From NCBI GenBank assembly GCA_028534125.1, contig CM052832.1, positions 13,456,001-13,520,000 on the forward strand: a stretch of DNA of 64,000 nucleotides, given 5' to 3'. The position numbers and the translations under genes are program-made. This document shows positions 1 through 14,204 of this stretch, in pieces; the stretch's first letter is position 1; every line of letters begins with the position of its first letter. The DNA is from Lama glama (Eukaryota). The notes below the pieces were generated by a model, which did no database searches, was not told the origin of the DNA, and saw only the letters and a list, made by a program, of their open reading frames with translations.

Positions 1-629
1 AACACCACAGAAAAGACTACATTACGGTGACTTGGATTTAAATTAAGACTTAAGATTTTCCATTCAATTTATCACTGTCTAAAGACCCTTAAACAGTTTC
101 CTTTACAACTTTATCAATCAAATTACCTAATTTAAAAAATTATTAAACAAAAAGAACAATAACTCTTTTACTCACTACTTAGTTTAAAATATAAAACAAG
201 ACAATATAGTTGAATCTATTACCATCCTAAGTTTGATATTTCCATCAAACATTTTAAACTATACTTATAATCTTAATATATTTCTTATTTTAGCACTTGA
301 ATTGCCTACCAAGCAATCTTTAAGTACTCAAAACAAAACTCTAGTAAATCCTAAAGAATTAAACTCGTAAATCTGGTATATCTCAAGAAGTTCTTAAATA
401 CTGTAACACTCTCAAACAACAAAGTTTTCTTACATCCTTAAACCAATAATCAAACCAAAACATAATTACTCAAGAACACAGTTTACATTAGAATTACAAA
501 TTAATCAGTTGAGATTCTTCAATATGTCAAATGACCACAAACATCCCATCTTAACTTAAACTTTAGTGATTTAACATATATCGTGCACTACATCCTATTC
601 TAAGTATTTTATAAATGTTACTTAATACT

Positions 630-760
630 CAGAAAAAACTTCATGAAGTAGGTGGTATTTTAGCCCCATTTATAGATGAGGAAGCTGAGGAAGAGGTTAA
701 GGGAAGTTCCCACAGTCACATAGCTAATAAACAGTGGAGCCAGGCTTCAAGTACTGAGGC
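630..760. mobile_element. MIR SINE fragment
   Basis: MIR core ccccatttatagatgaggaagctgagg. Confidence 0.7.
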
Positions 761-1598
761 AAAAGAGCACACATCGAAAATTCTGCAGACAATCCAAAAT
801 CACTGTATCAGAAGATGGTTCAAGGACCATCAATTTGTGTCAAAAGTTTTCACTGATTCTTAGCAAAAATGAGGACAATATAAATAATGCAGCACACACA
901 CTATTATCACAGTTCTAAGACAGCTGACATTGACTAAGACATCATCAATCTAATAACAGCATTTTAGGAATAAGTAGCACTATCATATTAAATGTATACG
1001 TGATTTTAAGATACATCCTATTTCAAAAATATTAAAAAGGTGAACTGAAGAATTATGATAGATGTTAGTATAATGCTTTCTTGGTACTTAAATTGTATCT
1101 TTACTGCTTTTTTGATGTTAAATGTCTTTTCTTTTATAAAAAAATGGTGACAGAAAATGATAGCCAGAATTTTTTTTTAATGTCCTAAAATGCTGGTAAC
1201 TTTATGATGGGTTCCCAATGCCCCACAATTTTATAATCATAAATTTCAAAAAACAAATCTGGAACCCAGTCACCTTCTAGGACTAGAAAAACATTTCTAC
1301 CAGTTCAGTCCAGTCTACCTAAAAATATCCCAAAATAGTCTCCTGCTTAGCTCACCGTAGGAGCAATGGACAGCAATCGGACAGCAATTCCTGGGGGAAA
1401 ATTTTTTTTCTTGTGCTGAGCTGAAGTCTGCCTTCCTTCCCTGCACCCACCATGACTTCCATGCACTGGTTAAGTCCTGTCCCCTGGAATAATTCATCCA
1501 TCTGAATGGGACAGGTGAAACAGGAAAAAAATCTGTTTGAAGGCCTTAGACAACTAGTAAGGTAGCCAAGACTCAAAAGACTGAATCTTCAGAGAAGC

Positions 1599-1950
1599 TG
1601 TGATGGTCAGTTTCATATGTCAACCTGGCAAGGCTACTGTCCTGGTTATCCAACCAAACACTAAGCCAGGTGTTACTGTGAAAGTATTCGGTAGATGTGA
1701 TTAAAGTTATAATCATTTTAGTTTAAGGACGGGAGATTATCCTAGATAATCTGGGTAGAACTGATCCACTCAACTGAAAGGCTTTAAGAGCAGAAATGAA
1801 GTTTCTCTGAGGAGGAAGAAATCTGACTGTGGAATGCAGCTTCGACTCCTGCCCAAGAGTCCCAGCCTGCCCTTCCTGCTGGCCTAGTCCAGTCTCCACG
1901 ATCCTATGTGCCAACTCCCTGCAACAAGTATCTTAATGTATGTGTGTGTG
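1599..1950 (+). mobile_element. MLT2-like ERVL LTR
   Basis: Starts tgtgatggtcagtttcatatgtcaacctgg, typical of MLT2. Confidence 0.75.
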
Positions 1951-3082
1951 TTTAACCACAAATAGACAGATGATCTACATTATTCTGATGATACGTAAAT
2001 TCTACACAGAAACATAATCCATAATTAAAACCTTTCCTTAAGGAAGATTCCCTGACCAAATGACTTGACCAGCAAATCCTTCCACACTTTTAAGAAATTA
2101 CATCAATCTTATGCAGCCTCTTCCAGGGAAGAGAAAAAGAGGGAATATATCCAAATTACATAAGACCAGCATAACATTGACCCAAAACTTGACATAGTCA
2201 TTACCAAAAAGGATTACAGGCCACTTTTTCTCATGAGCATAAACTAAAAGTCCTAAACAAATTATTAAAAAAAATCAAATTCAGATACATTAAAAAGGAT
2301 ACTACATTAGGACAAAGATTAGCTTAACATTCTAAGATCAATTAATGTAATTCACTACGTTAAAAGACTAAAAAAATGTTTTAGAATAATTGAAATAGCA
2401 AGAAAGAGTACTGCTAAACTAGGTTTAAAAAAGGCAGGCTAAAACAATATAGTCATAGAAAAAAGACTGAAAATATTAATAATTATTCTCCCTTAATTAC
2501 AGGCTCATATGTGATCTTTTTTAAAAAAAACTTTTTATTGAATATTCCAAAGTCTGTAAAATGAATGTATTATTACTCTTAAAACAAGAAAAAAGGAAAA
2601 TGTAGCTCTAAAAACAGAACTCTTCAAGAAAATGCTGGATTTTTTTTAAAAGCTTAAAACAGTTTAAGAGAAATTTTTTAAAGTTTAAGAAAATTATATA
2701 TTACTACATCTATAACTAATACATATATATTACTAAAGAGATTTTGATATTTTTCCATCTAGATTAAAGGAGAAACATTAGAAATACCAGACAAATTAGG
2801 AATTTAGGTTAAATATAAGAAATAGCTTCTCAAGTAGATTATTCAATAGGATGACAGAATAATCCTGGTAGCTTTAAATCCAACACGACTTAATGCAAAG
2901 GTATGGTGTTCTTGTTTCTTAGGATACTCAACAGCAAGCATGGTTCCAAGGAACAGGTGGAAGGTAGGCTAGGTAAGCAGGCACAGGATGAAGGATGCAG
3001 TATGAGTCCCAACGCACAAGGCATTCAACAGTAAAGGCAACGGAACATTCAGATTACCTGGCATATAATTCTCTAAACAGAC

Positions 3083-3446
3083 TGTTATTAGGTAAATTAA
3101 ATTGTGTTCCCTCAAAATTCACATGAAGTCTGTTAACCTAAATCCTCAGAATGTGACTAAAAACAGGGCCTTTAAAGAGGTGATTAAGATTAGGGCCCCC
3201 TAATCCAATAACAGCTGGTGTCCTTTTAAGTAGAGGAGACCAGGACACAGGCAGGGAGGGAAGATCCACCATGTCAAGACACAGGCAGAAGGCAGCCACT
3301 ACAATAAAAAGAGAGAGGCCTCAGAAACCAACCCTGACAAAACCTTGAACTTGAGGACTTCCAGCCTCCAGAATTGGAAAATTTCTGTTGTTTTGAGTCA
3401 CACAGTTTGTGATACTTTTTTATGGCAGTCCTAGCAAACTAATACA
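3083..3446 (+). mobile_element. MLT1 (MaLR) LTR
   Basis: gtgttccctcaaaattcac...ggcagtcctagcaaactaataca end. Confidence 0.8.
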
Positions 3447-3829
3447 CAGATACAACTGCAAAAATTAAATTTCACCCTGTCCCACCAAAAAGAGATTTAT
3501 GGCAAACACGTGTAAGGATTTTTTTTTATAGTTTTAAGGTATAGACTGATCTTTATATAAATGTAAATTGTTAACTGTTTTATTCAAAGGAAGGTGAACT
3601 TTAATAATCTTAACCAAAATGTGTCACAGATCTTTCCACTATATTCCAGTGTTTTTCAAAACCTTAGTAAGGCCCTTCCTGTGTTATAGTAAGAACAGAG
3701 ATAAAGTTTACTTTATATCTACACTTATCATAAAAGCCTTAATATTTCAACACTGGAAAGGACAATCTGAATCTAAAGAAAACAGTATCTTAAATGAAAA
3801 TATTTTAAAAAACAATTAACCACCAGCAT

Positions 3830-4260
3830 CTCCTGAGAACTTATAATGGTCAGGAACATTTCTAAAAATTGTTACATGAATTAACTCAATCCTAATAACC
3901 CTCTAAAGTAGAGATACCATTACAATCTCTATTTCAGAGACACAGAAACTGATGAATATCTGAGCTAGTAAATGAAGGAGCTGGGATTCAAACCCAGGAA
4001 AAACTGGCTCCAAAGCCCACATTCTTAACCACCACCCAATGACGTATAATGAGGCACTATTAAGCATAAATCCTAATGGCTTTGGAGTCAGTTTAAGTTT
4101 GAACACTTGCTCTGCCACTTACTAGGTGTATGACTTTGGGCAAGCTTACGCTCTTTGTGTCTTAGGTTCCTTGGCTATAAAATGGAGACAATAAATGACA
4201 CAATAGATGTAAAAACATTTAGCACAGTGTCTGATGCATAACAATGTCTACTAATTAAGT
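3830..4260. mobile_element. Two MIR fragments in opposite orientation
   Basis: ctgggattcaaacccagg and tgactttgggcaag...aaaatggagacaata cores. Confidence 0.65.
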
Positions 4261-6939
4261 CCTTACTATTTCTAATTCAACTTTCATGAATATACAAGAA
4301 CAATCCAACAATGTCTAATTTGGGGACTCTAAGCAAAAAACAGCAAAAGGTCCTCTTCTTTCATCTGTACTTCTTCCTCCTATTCCGGAAATGCCTATAC
4401 TGTTCCAATAATCTCATTTCCCGTAAGAAGTATATTGAGTCAGATTAGTAGGTAGATCAGTCTTACATTCTGTCTCCCACAGATATACCTAATAACTTTG
4501 GTAAGGACAGTAGTACAGTTATGTGACAACTTCAAAAGATTCTGGACATTGCTCAAACATCTAGTATTTAATAAAAATTCACCAATATTCTTATCTGAAC
4601 CTTTACTGAATTTTTTTAAAAAGCTGAGTTCATAACATCTCTTGGGATTACAAGATAACTGTTTGCTCTTACATGTTCTTTTATCACTTATTTCAAGCTT
4701 CAGAGTTCCCTACTTTAGTATTCCCACTCTTTATGATTTATGTGGTTAGATCACATTCTCCTTCAGTCTTTATTTTTTCCAGATAATACTGCTTTTGTAC
4801 TCATGTGAAAGTCTCCCCATTTTCTTCATCTACTTACAACTGAATTTCTCTAAACCTCTTCCATTTTTGAAGTATTTTTCTTGAGATGATTTTAATGGGA
4901 AAAACACTGGGCTAGGAGCCAGGAGTCCTTACTCTGTTCTCTGATTCCTGATCTGAAAGATGAGAGGACTGCACTAGATAAATTTGTAATAGGTTCCCTT
5001 ATACCTCTAAGCCTCCTATTTCCATGACTCTGGGTCTTCCAACTAGAAATCGTTCAATATTCCAATAATTTCCCTAAACTTTTTACTCCAAGTTAGCCAA
5101 GGAGGGGCAGGCATGTTCAGATTCAGGAGCAGAAGATAACACAGTAATTAGGAAGCCCAGGGCTACAGAATGAAAGATGTGACATTTTGTGAATCAACAG
5201 AAAAAGATTAATAAGAAATCAGACATTAAAAAAAAGAAGAAAAAGAAACCAAAGACAGAAAAAGGTCAGACATACACAACCCATCTCTAATCTCATCCCT
5301 ACACATCTGCTTAAAGATACACTAAGAAACAGAAAAAGCTTTTGGCAGCAGAGGTTATCCAGCCCTCGAGGGAGTAACCCAGCTCTGTGCCATCTGTGCA
5401 ATGTTGTTGCTAAAATGGCCTACTACAGTGCTCTGCACACAACAGGCATTACTGGGATATCTGATGACTGAATTAATGTTGAGATGGACTGAGAGCCCTC
5501 CTAAATGCTACCGGTACTGCTACATACCAGTAAATCTGAGAGCTCAAGGATATGGGAATTACATGGCATTGGCTGCCCTGGTTGTAAGGAGACTGAATTA
5601 GCTGGGGGGGGGGGTAGATTTGGCCTAACTGTATTACTTACATGCTGATGATGCTGCAAGCAGCTCCCAGAAGGTAAAAAGGACAGATTGATTGGCATGG
5701 ACTATCTTTAAGGCAGTATCAGAGTATGTATGAAAGTATTTCCTACTCTGGTGTCAGAGTCCAAGAAAAACACTGTCTTTCCTGAAATTTCCTTCCAGGG
5801 ATGTCAGACCTTCTTGGCTTATGATTGGTTTGGGAAGCAGAAGAGAGTAAAATCAACAATGGGATAAGAAAGGCAGTTCTAAAAATTCTCAGGCCAGCCC
5901 TATGGTGGTGTTTCTCAAAATGTGGTTCCTGCATCAACAATGACAGACCAAGGGAGAGGATGCTTGCTTAAAATGCAGTCAGGGACCCACCATTGATCTC
6001 TGGAATCAAATTTATGGGAGTGGTACTGGCATTTTTAATTTTATTTATTTTTTAATTGAAATACAGTCAATTACAATGTGTCCATCTCTATCTCTTAAAA
6101 AAAAAAAGGTACTGGCATTTTTAAGGAGCCAACTTGCATGTTTGAGAACTACTCTCCCAGAATTTGGGGGGGGGGGGGTAAGGGTGAGGAGGAGTTGAGG
6201 GTGAAGATCTTTGACTTAATTCATCACATTCAACTGCTGTAACTACAACGCTTTGTTTTGGAGACCATTAAAAAACCCAAAATTTCTCAGGTAACAGCTG
6301 CAGCTTGTTTAACAGCTACCAAGGGCACAATTAAAGGGCCTGGAAAATGCATTTTCGTAAACTAAACAGTTCCTTACAGCCTTATCCTGTTAGTTTGTTC
6401 ACTGGTTTCTTGTTTAAAAGTAAACGAGTTCAATCCAGGAATTTTCAAAAAGAATCACCAACTCCAAAATAGAAGTGTTTTTTTTTTAAATAGTGCAGAA
6501 CTAGTTTTGTAAATCTTAAGAAACTGTCTTGGTATAAAAAGTAAGGTTTTATTTAAAAGAAAATTACCGGTTCAGGCTCCCCTAGCTCTTCTGCAGTCAG
6601 AGGCACTGATGAAAGCTACTAATTTGTGGGTGGCAGAGAAGCAAGATTTTGAAGCAGGGGTACAAAGAGCGAGCAAAATGCACTGTCTGCTCCAGACAGA
6701 GGTTGGGAGGAAGTCGGACCAACTACTTAATTTTTAATGAATTCAATTAATTGCCAGAAAAAAACGCGCCTGCAAAGGTTTTATCAATAAGCACGCCATC
6801 ATCTCACTTCTGTTGGGATAAGAACACCAAAGGCCTGCAGAAAACAGTCAAGTTTATACTTGAGCTGTCCCCACGACTGTGTTGACCATTTCCACATAAG
6901 GCGATCCCCCTTCTTCCTGGGATTATCAGGCTTTATCTT

Positions 6940-7510
6940 CGGCACGAAAACGGGCGCCGGGAACCTAGCTACCAATGTTTTCCCTCGGGATGACTGTAGC
7001 ACCGCGGCCTTTCAACTGGAGGTCCGACCCGATGGGCGGCCGCCCGAGCAGCGTCTTGAGGAGACCCGCCCCCTGCCCCTGGATACAAAGGCACCTTTAG
7101 GGGCCAGGCCCGCTGCCACACTCGCCCTGTGGGTCTCCGCGTCGCACTCGTCCCGCGCCGCCACTTACCTGACGCTCCCTGCCCGGCTCTCGCGCTCGGA
7201 GCCCGAATCTGCCCGGGAAGCGCGCGCACACCGCGCCGCGAGCAGCACCCACGGGGACTGGTGGTGCCTGAGCGGCGCGCGCCCCCCGGCCCCGGCCCGC
7301 TCGGCCACGCGTTTGAGTCATCCGGCGCTTCATAATAAGAGTCCTCCTCGGCGCGCGGGGCACGCTGGGAAGGCCGGGCTCGGGCCCGCCCCCTGGGCCG
7401 CACGCTGCGGGTGTCCCCTTTCCTTCCTGTCACGCCCCACGGTCCGAAGGAGGACAGTTCCACGCCTGCGCAGCCAGGATATGTCGATTTCTGAGCTGCG
7501 GGTACCCTCT
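6940..7510. promoter_or_regulatory. CpG island, probable bidirectional KCTD20(-)/PXT1(+) promoter
   Basis: Dense CpG/GC in AT-rich flanks; GC boxes, AP-1-like TGAGTCA at 7314-7320, NRF1-like CGCCTGCGCA near 7463. Human KCTD20 and PXT1 are head-to-head. Confidence 0.85.
7169..7330 (-). other. KCTD20: Non-coding first exon of KCTD20; intron 1 runs off the left edge; TSS approximate
   Basis: Consensus minus-strand donor CAG|GTAAGT at 7169/7168 inside the CpG island. Identity from synteny only; no KCTD20 coding sequence recognised in the window. Confidence 0.65.
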
Positions 7511-10500
7511 TTCAATTATTAAAAGTATAAGACAGAAAAGTTAGTAGTTATCTGAATTGTGAAATAAGCTCGCGCAGCCCTGGGACAGCTAATGCTTTAA
7601 GAAAATTGTGGAGCCCTGATCTTTCCATACATTTGGGGGAAGAAGGTCTTAAGAATAATGGACCTTAAACACGTTTTGCTTGGCAGCCCCTATCCTGGAT
7701 GTGCATTCTGACCGAAAGGGGTGGGGATGGGGGAATAAAACACACATTTTTCTTAAATCATGAGTCTAGTGAAACTACATACTATATAGCAAGGTTGAAT
7801 TGCTAATTTTTAATTAACTGGAAGAAAATTACTATTTCTGATGTTCCTGCAAGACAAGTCTTGAAACAAATTCTTCCTTTCTGGAAAGGTTTTCTCTGCA
7901 GATTTCTAAAATACAAAAACCTGGCCCCAAGGTTGGAGAATTAGGCTAACTACTGTGTCTTTTAATTAGTAGTTAAGACTAAAAGGCTCTATTTTTGTCT
8001 AAAATTTCATATAATGAATAGCATATCAGACCTGGTACTTTTTTTTGGGTAGACATCAGGAAGGAGTATGAGAAATGTATAGTCACAGAAAGCACAGATA
8101 TATGCTTTTTATCATTTTATTTCTAATTTAATGCATCTCCAAAATCTGAATCTCTCAGATGTATTTGGATCTGCAGCTGAAACCTGCATGATGAAACCTA
8201 GTGTCAAACTGGCCCACCTGGAATTTTCAGTTGTCATAATAGCCAATGCAAAAGGCAATGCATTTCATTTGATTGTGTTAAGTCTCCTTAAGTATAACAT
8301 CTATACCAGTCAATATTACAAAGCAGTTTTCTCAATATTTTACATGATTCGAGCTCAACAGCTGTGTGTGAAAGGAAAATCAAAATGGAGTGGGTACTGA
8401 TAAGAGAGCTCTCTAAAACGGTGCCAGGAGGCCCTTAAGGGAGTGTTTAGATGCCTGCTCAGTCTGGATAGAACCTGACCTTTTGACCTGGTGAAGTCAT
8501 TCAGAACATCTGCCAGAAACTCTTGATTGTCTCTACTTATTAGACCCTTACCCTAAAACAAACTCATCATTCCTTAAGGACAAATATTTTCTGACTCATG
8601 TCAAAGTCAATCACAGTTCTTGGCAGGCAACTTTTTCACAACCTCATGGCTTTTTGTCTTTATAAGACCCTTACTCTTTTTCTTCCCAGGAACACTCCTT
8701 CGGGGTTACCCAAACCTGAGTCTCCCAAATTGCAATTCTTAAGACCCCAAATAAACTCTTTTCTTATTTGCAGCCTCCTGCATTATTTTTTGGTTGACAC
8801 CTGGGAGATAGATTTTGTTACTCAGATTGACAAGGAAAACAAGACATAAACAAATAACAGTACCTAAGGTCATTAAACTACTAAGTGGTGCTGGTGGGCT
8901 GAGAACTCAGATGATCTAATCGTAATGTTCTTGTTCGACATTCCTTGAGTGATGGCAATTCCACCTAACTGCTTCCACGTGAACTCCCAAGCACTTCTAG
9001 GAGGCACTTTAGATGTCTTCAGCTGTTAACACCAACCAAGTAACTTAAAGTTGACTCTATCTTAGAATGAAAATATTTTAAAATAGCTATTATCAGTTAT
9101 CATATAAAAAATGAATTATCCTTTCTACATACTATATCGTATGTAGTAAATACAAAAAGAACCTCCAAATCCCAAGATTTTTGAACTTTCTCAAAATAAT
9201 TAATTTGCAAAAACAATTTTTTACACTAAGTGCTTTAGATTGTATGATCTCTAGATCACTGCAGGCATATCAAATGGGACTTTTTGAAAGAATAATCACT
9301 TTTATTTGGAAGTCCAAAATTGTGCTCAAATATAGATGTAAATAATTAATTTCTGACTTTCTAGAGGGGGTCAGAACCCTGCGTACTGACCCAAAATAGA
9401 TTCAGAAGAATCTTTTTTTACTTCACTTCCAACAATTCACCTTCATTAACAATCTCTTCAGGAAAGTCACAGAGGCTTATGACCAGCAGGAAATAAAGAC
9501 TGGACCTTGAATACATAATCGACCAGAGAAGCAAGAATTTTAAACTTCTAGTGGCTGGAATCTGCTGCTAAATCTTTATTGATATACGTCTGCTTTACAT
9601 TCAACTACAGTATGTCCTTTAGTTCCATGTGGAGATGTTTCATCTGCAAGTTCAATGAACATGAAGCCACAGTCCAAAGGTATAGGACCCCAAGGGAATT
9701 AGGCAGGTGATGATTACAGGACCTCTCCTTTAAAGGAACTTTAAAAAATTAAGTTTGGTTATTTGGGTAGCCAAACAGGAGATAAAGGGAAGTGAATATA
9801 CATCAAAATATTCTGCTTCTAAGTAAAAAAGAATGATAGACTATCCCAATTTTGCAACCCCCTGTGAATTAATAGATATAGGTACTATGCACCAATAGTT
9901 CCTGAGATCATAAAAAGAGAACTAAACAGCGTGTGCCTCCTGAGGGAAGACCACACCATCACCTAAAATGCTGCTAAGGGATAGACTCTAAATCTGATCT
10001 AGACTTGAGATCCAGATGCCAGTTTGTAGGAAACACAGGGAACAGAGCACCATGTTCATGCAATCTGCAACGTCCTGACTAAGGGAGACTCTACAGGTCA
10101 AAAGGCCTCTGTCCTTCAAGAAATAAATTGTAAAGTTAAAAAAAAAAAGACTTAAAAGATATCTCAATTTTTAAAAATATGTGTGTGTGGGAAGAATATA
10201 CTGTCTAGGGGAGAACATTTGGCGGGTAAAACTATTAAAGCAAAAAGGAAGTGAAAGTACTTACTGTACAAGTGACTTATTAGGTGGTGGTGGTGGTGCT
10301 AAACAGTTGTGGTTGGGAAGGGTCACATGGAAGGAGCTTCCAAGGGTAGGTAGCTAAGTTCTGTTTCTTGACCTAGTGGTGATTACAAGGGTGCTTGCCT
10401 TAGAATAACTGATTAAGGCAAACATTTTCTTTATGTTGTCTTCTGGTTCCATGTTTTATTTTACGATAAAAAAAATTTTAAAGATAAAGTTTGGAGCTAG

Positions 10501-12319
10501 AAGCCAGTCCTACCCAAGAGCTGAAACATATCTTCTCCACAATGAGCTATTTGAAATTCACTTGGTTCCCTGGGGCAATATTAAGGTTAAATTAAATGGA
10601 AAAATAAATGCCTTAAAAATACTTCTGAAAGATATTCCACTTTGTAATATAATTTCGGGATTTTATTTAGATATTCTTTTTTTAGAAGTTAATGTCAACT
10701 AGGTAAGTAGAGTATATTCTGAGTGTTAGAGAAAAGGAGTAAAGTGGAATGATGAAAGATAAGGAGACCAGAAAAATTTTTTGAAGCTTAATCGTTAAAT
10801 TTCAATAATGGTCAGGAAAGTAATCCATTAACATTTCCCACTGAAATTTTCTTGAGGGCAGTAACTCCCTCCCTTTTCCCCTCATGTGCCAGGGCAACTC
10901 ATCTCAGAATTCTGTGACTTTTTAAAAGTACGAAGAATAAACTATTTAGCTTGAGATTCAAGAATCAAATAAACCTCTGTAAAATAGAAGTCTTGTGCAG
11001 TCAGAATGGAGGAGTCAAAAAATATAGAAGAACATTACCCTGGGCTACAGCAGAAGCTGTGTGTAAACTGCTAATATGTTTCTCTCTCATTACTCCTGCT
11101 ACCAGTTGACAGACACTGACCTTCCAACCCCACCACCAGCTCTGACTGCTCACATTGCCTCTGTTTACCAGCACACAAGTCTCATTCTTGAACCCAATAC
11201 TGAGAATATTGGAAGTTTTTTTTTAAACCTTATATGGGTTTTAAATAAATTGCATTTGAAAAAGAAAACAAATAGACAAGCCCCCAAATACACATTCTTC
11301 AAACTAGAATTTGAACCAGTGACATTCACAAAATAGATTCCAATCACCCACTGAGTTACCACAGAAAACCATGAGGTTCTTTCACTTTGCCCAAATCACA
11401 TCTCCTCCTTTCCCCAAACTTTCAATAACTGAAAAAACCTACAAAATCTGTTTACCAAAGCCTGCGTCCTGGCCCCTTATCTCCGCTCTCTGAGAACCTT
11501 GACAATGAAAAACAAGCAGATAAATAAGATAAATAATGAAAACTAGGCAAATTCAGAAAGGTTTCTTCTGCTTGTCAACAAGGAGCCTAAACAAAGTGTT
11601 CTCCTTGCTTATTTGGAGCTGTGATGTCTACTTGGAAATAAGTCAGTGTTTGTGAACGTACAAAGTACATGAAGGAAGTATAAAAACATAAAGTGACATC
11701 AGATTCATAAGGCAGTATGATGTGGTGAAAAAAAAAAAACTGGAAAAAGAGCCAGATGACCTTGGTTTGAGGCCATTCCACCAGTTACCAACTGAGCAAG
11801 TCACCCCGAAGCTTGGGTTTGTAAGTCATGATAACTGACTTACCTATGCCATGAGGTTGTTGGAAGAAAACATTATCAAAATATATGCAAAAGTATTTTA
11901 TAACCTCAAAGCACTAGAAAATTTTAAGGTGTTATTAGTATTAATGTTATACACGCACTTCATCCAAACCAATATTCTCTTTAAAAGGAATACCTAAAGA
12001 CTTTCTTGTGAGATAAAATTACCCTTGTTAATGTCATCTGAAATTGTCCGCATATCAAAATATACTGGTTTTCTTAACATTTATGATGCAGTTTGAATGA
12101 AAATAAAAACATGTTACAGTGACATAATATTTTCAATATTTTCTCCTTTTATCTGTAGTCATTGATAATAATAGTTACTATTTTAAAGAGAATTTAACAT
12201 ATTTTCTTAAGGGAATATTTAGTTCTCCATCAAATATGTTCTTTTCTTAGTGCTTTTTTTTTTTAATGGTACAGTAAGTAAACTGCCCTCATAGATTCTA
12301 ATTCCTAAAAGGTTGCCAA

Positions 12320-12368
12320 ACACACACACACACACACACACACTCTCTCTCTCTCTCTCTCTCTCTCC
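12320..12368. repeat. (CA)n(CT)n compound microsatellite
   Basis: Direct reading. Confidence 0.95.
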
Positions 12369-12816
12369 TAGGCTGGATCTGGAAGGAATTATAAGGAATT
12401 ACTCAGTCCTTCCTTAGCCCCTTTTGATTTTTAATCACATGATAGTAATCTATGAACAAGGTTGAAGAGAGAAATTTCAGGAAGTTCCTCTTCTTGCTCT
12501 GCATCTCTGTATAGCACTTAACCCATAAGTTCAGCTTGTAATTTCAGCTGTTCTTGTTTTTTATTTATTGTAAAAGGAGGCAGGCCCATAAAATGCTGAA
12601 AATTAGTAGATGTTCAGCCTTGGGGTAGAAATCATATACTTAGTAATTGACTTTGAGAAGGACTCAGGTGAGAGAAGGCTGAACAGGCATTAAGGAGATC
12701 TGGCATCTGGTTCTTTCGGTTAGCCATTACCTTTCTGCCTCATTTATTTTCATCTAAAAATTAGAAAGTATGGACTCAATGATAGCTGCCATTTGTTGAC
12801 TGCCTTCCAAATGGTA

Positions 12817-13178
12817 GTGCTAAAAGATAAACTAAGGCATATTAAACATTTTAAGAGTTTCAGCAAAAATGGATTCGAAGTGGGCAGCATCCAATCTAGC
12901 AGATAGAAAGGAGGTCTGAGGAGCTGTGCAAAGTGAAAGACTTTTATAGACAGAAGGGAGTGAGAACAAAGAAGTTACACTGGCAAAAAAAAAATTGGGT
13001 TGGTTGTTGCAGTTACTTTCCTTTAGGGGATGACTAGAGTTTATCAGGCAGATTCCTTAACTAGTGCTGATCAGGTGATTTCTGATTGACTGGTTTAAGT
13101 CCTCTTTCTGGGAGAACCAAAACTATAATTAAGTCTCAATTTGGTGACTTGGGGTGTGTTGTCTTGCTTTTTTAACAG
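12817..13178 (-). mobile_element. ERV-like solo LTR, family uncertain
   Basis: Minus strand begins TGTTAAAA and ends ...TTTTAGCA; ~360 bp. Confidence 0.5.
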
Positions 13179-14204
13179 GAGGCAGGTACCAGTTCTAATT
13201 CTTCCAGCAGCCTGGCAAGACAGGCCTTATTAGTCCCATATTATAGATACAGAAATCAGGGCTCAAAGAGGTAAAAATATCATCGCAGGTCACATTAGGT
13301 GAACTCTGTGGAACCACTTCAGCTTTTAAATTCTAGGATTTCTTAGAGAGAAAATCCACCCTTTGGGCTTCATGTCTCCCTTTTAGAAATTCCATTGTTT
13401 GGGATTCAGTCATGAAATGCCAAACGTGAAAGGGGCCTTAGAAATCACCAGTGCCAGGTCTTTCACTTGTTAAGAAGGAATCTAAGGTCAAAAGATCAGT
13501 GACCAGTCCATGATTGTGATGTATTTTCTTTCAAGTTTGCCCAAAATGCTCATGGTAACCTGATCCTAGCTGGACAGACATATATGTGGGAAGATGGGAC
13601 AGGAAGTGGTATTTGGCCTGGGCTCCAAAAGTCCCAAAAGATGACCTTGATTATGTGTATAAATATTGTCTGTCCAAGTAAGCAGAGTTTCGAAGATTTG
13701 AAAGTCACTGGAGGACATTCACAATGAACTGATAGGTAAGGCTGGCAGCATCTTGACTGTCAACTTTCCCCCTTTAGTAATTTAATAATTTTTTCCAGGG
13801 CTGATCTGTCCCTAATACATTAGCTGGAGGGGATGTCCTTTTCCCAATGGAAAGTTTACTTGAGAAATCAAATTAAGGTTAGAAGATTGCCTGATGAGTA
13901 TAGCTAAAATGTCAGGCAGCCCAAGGCACCAAAAATGCCCAGGTAGTTACAACCCTTCACCCCAAATCTCCCTCTCCCCTAATCTGGCCCAAATTACAAT
14001 AATCAAAATACTGTAGCAGCCTTCTACACTGGAAAATATGGTTCATTTGAAAAATGAGTCTGAATTTTACTTGATGATTCTTACCCTCCCTCCTGCCCCA
14101 CCTTGGTTTGTATAGCTGAGATAGCTGCCTGTTATCTTTCTCTCGAAGTCATTTCTTTTTAATTCTTGCTTCTTCCTCTAAAGCTGCAATACAGCATTAT
14201 TGTG

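Noticed and set aside
6860..7522. 220-aa + ORF and overlapping 164-aa - ORF
   Set aside because: Low-complexity Arg/Pro/Ala/Gly translations typical of stop-poor CpG islands; no recognisable domain; the + ORF starts at TTG.
10247..10258. EICE-like GGAAGTGAAAGT
   Set aside because: Isolated, within an apparently degraded L1-like segment; plausible by chance.
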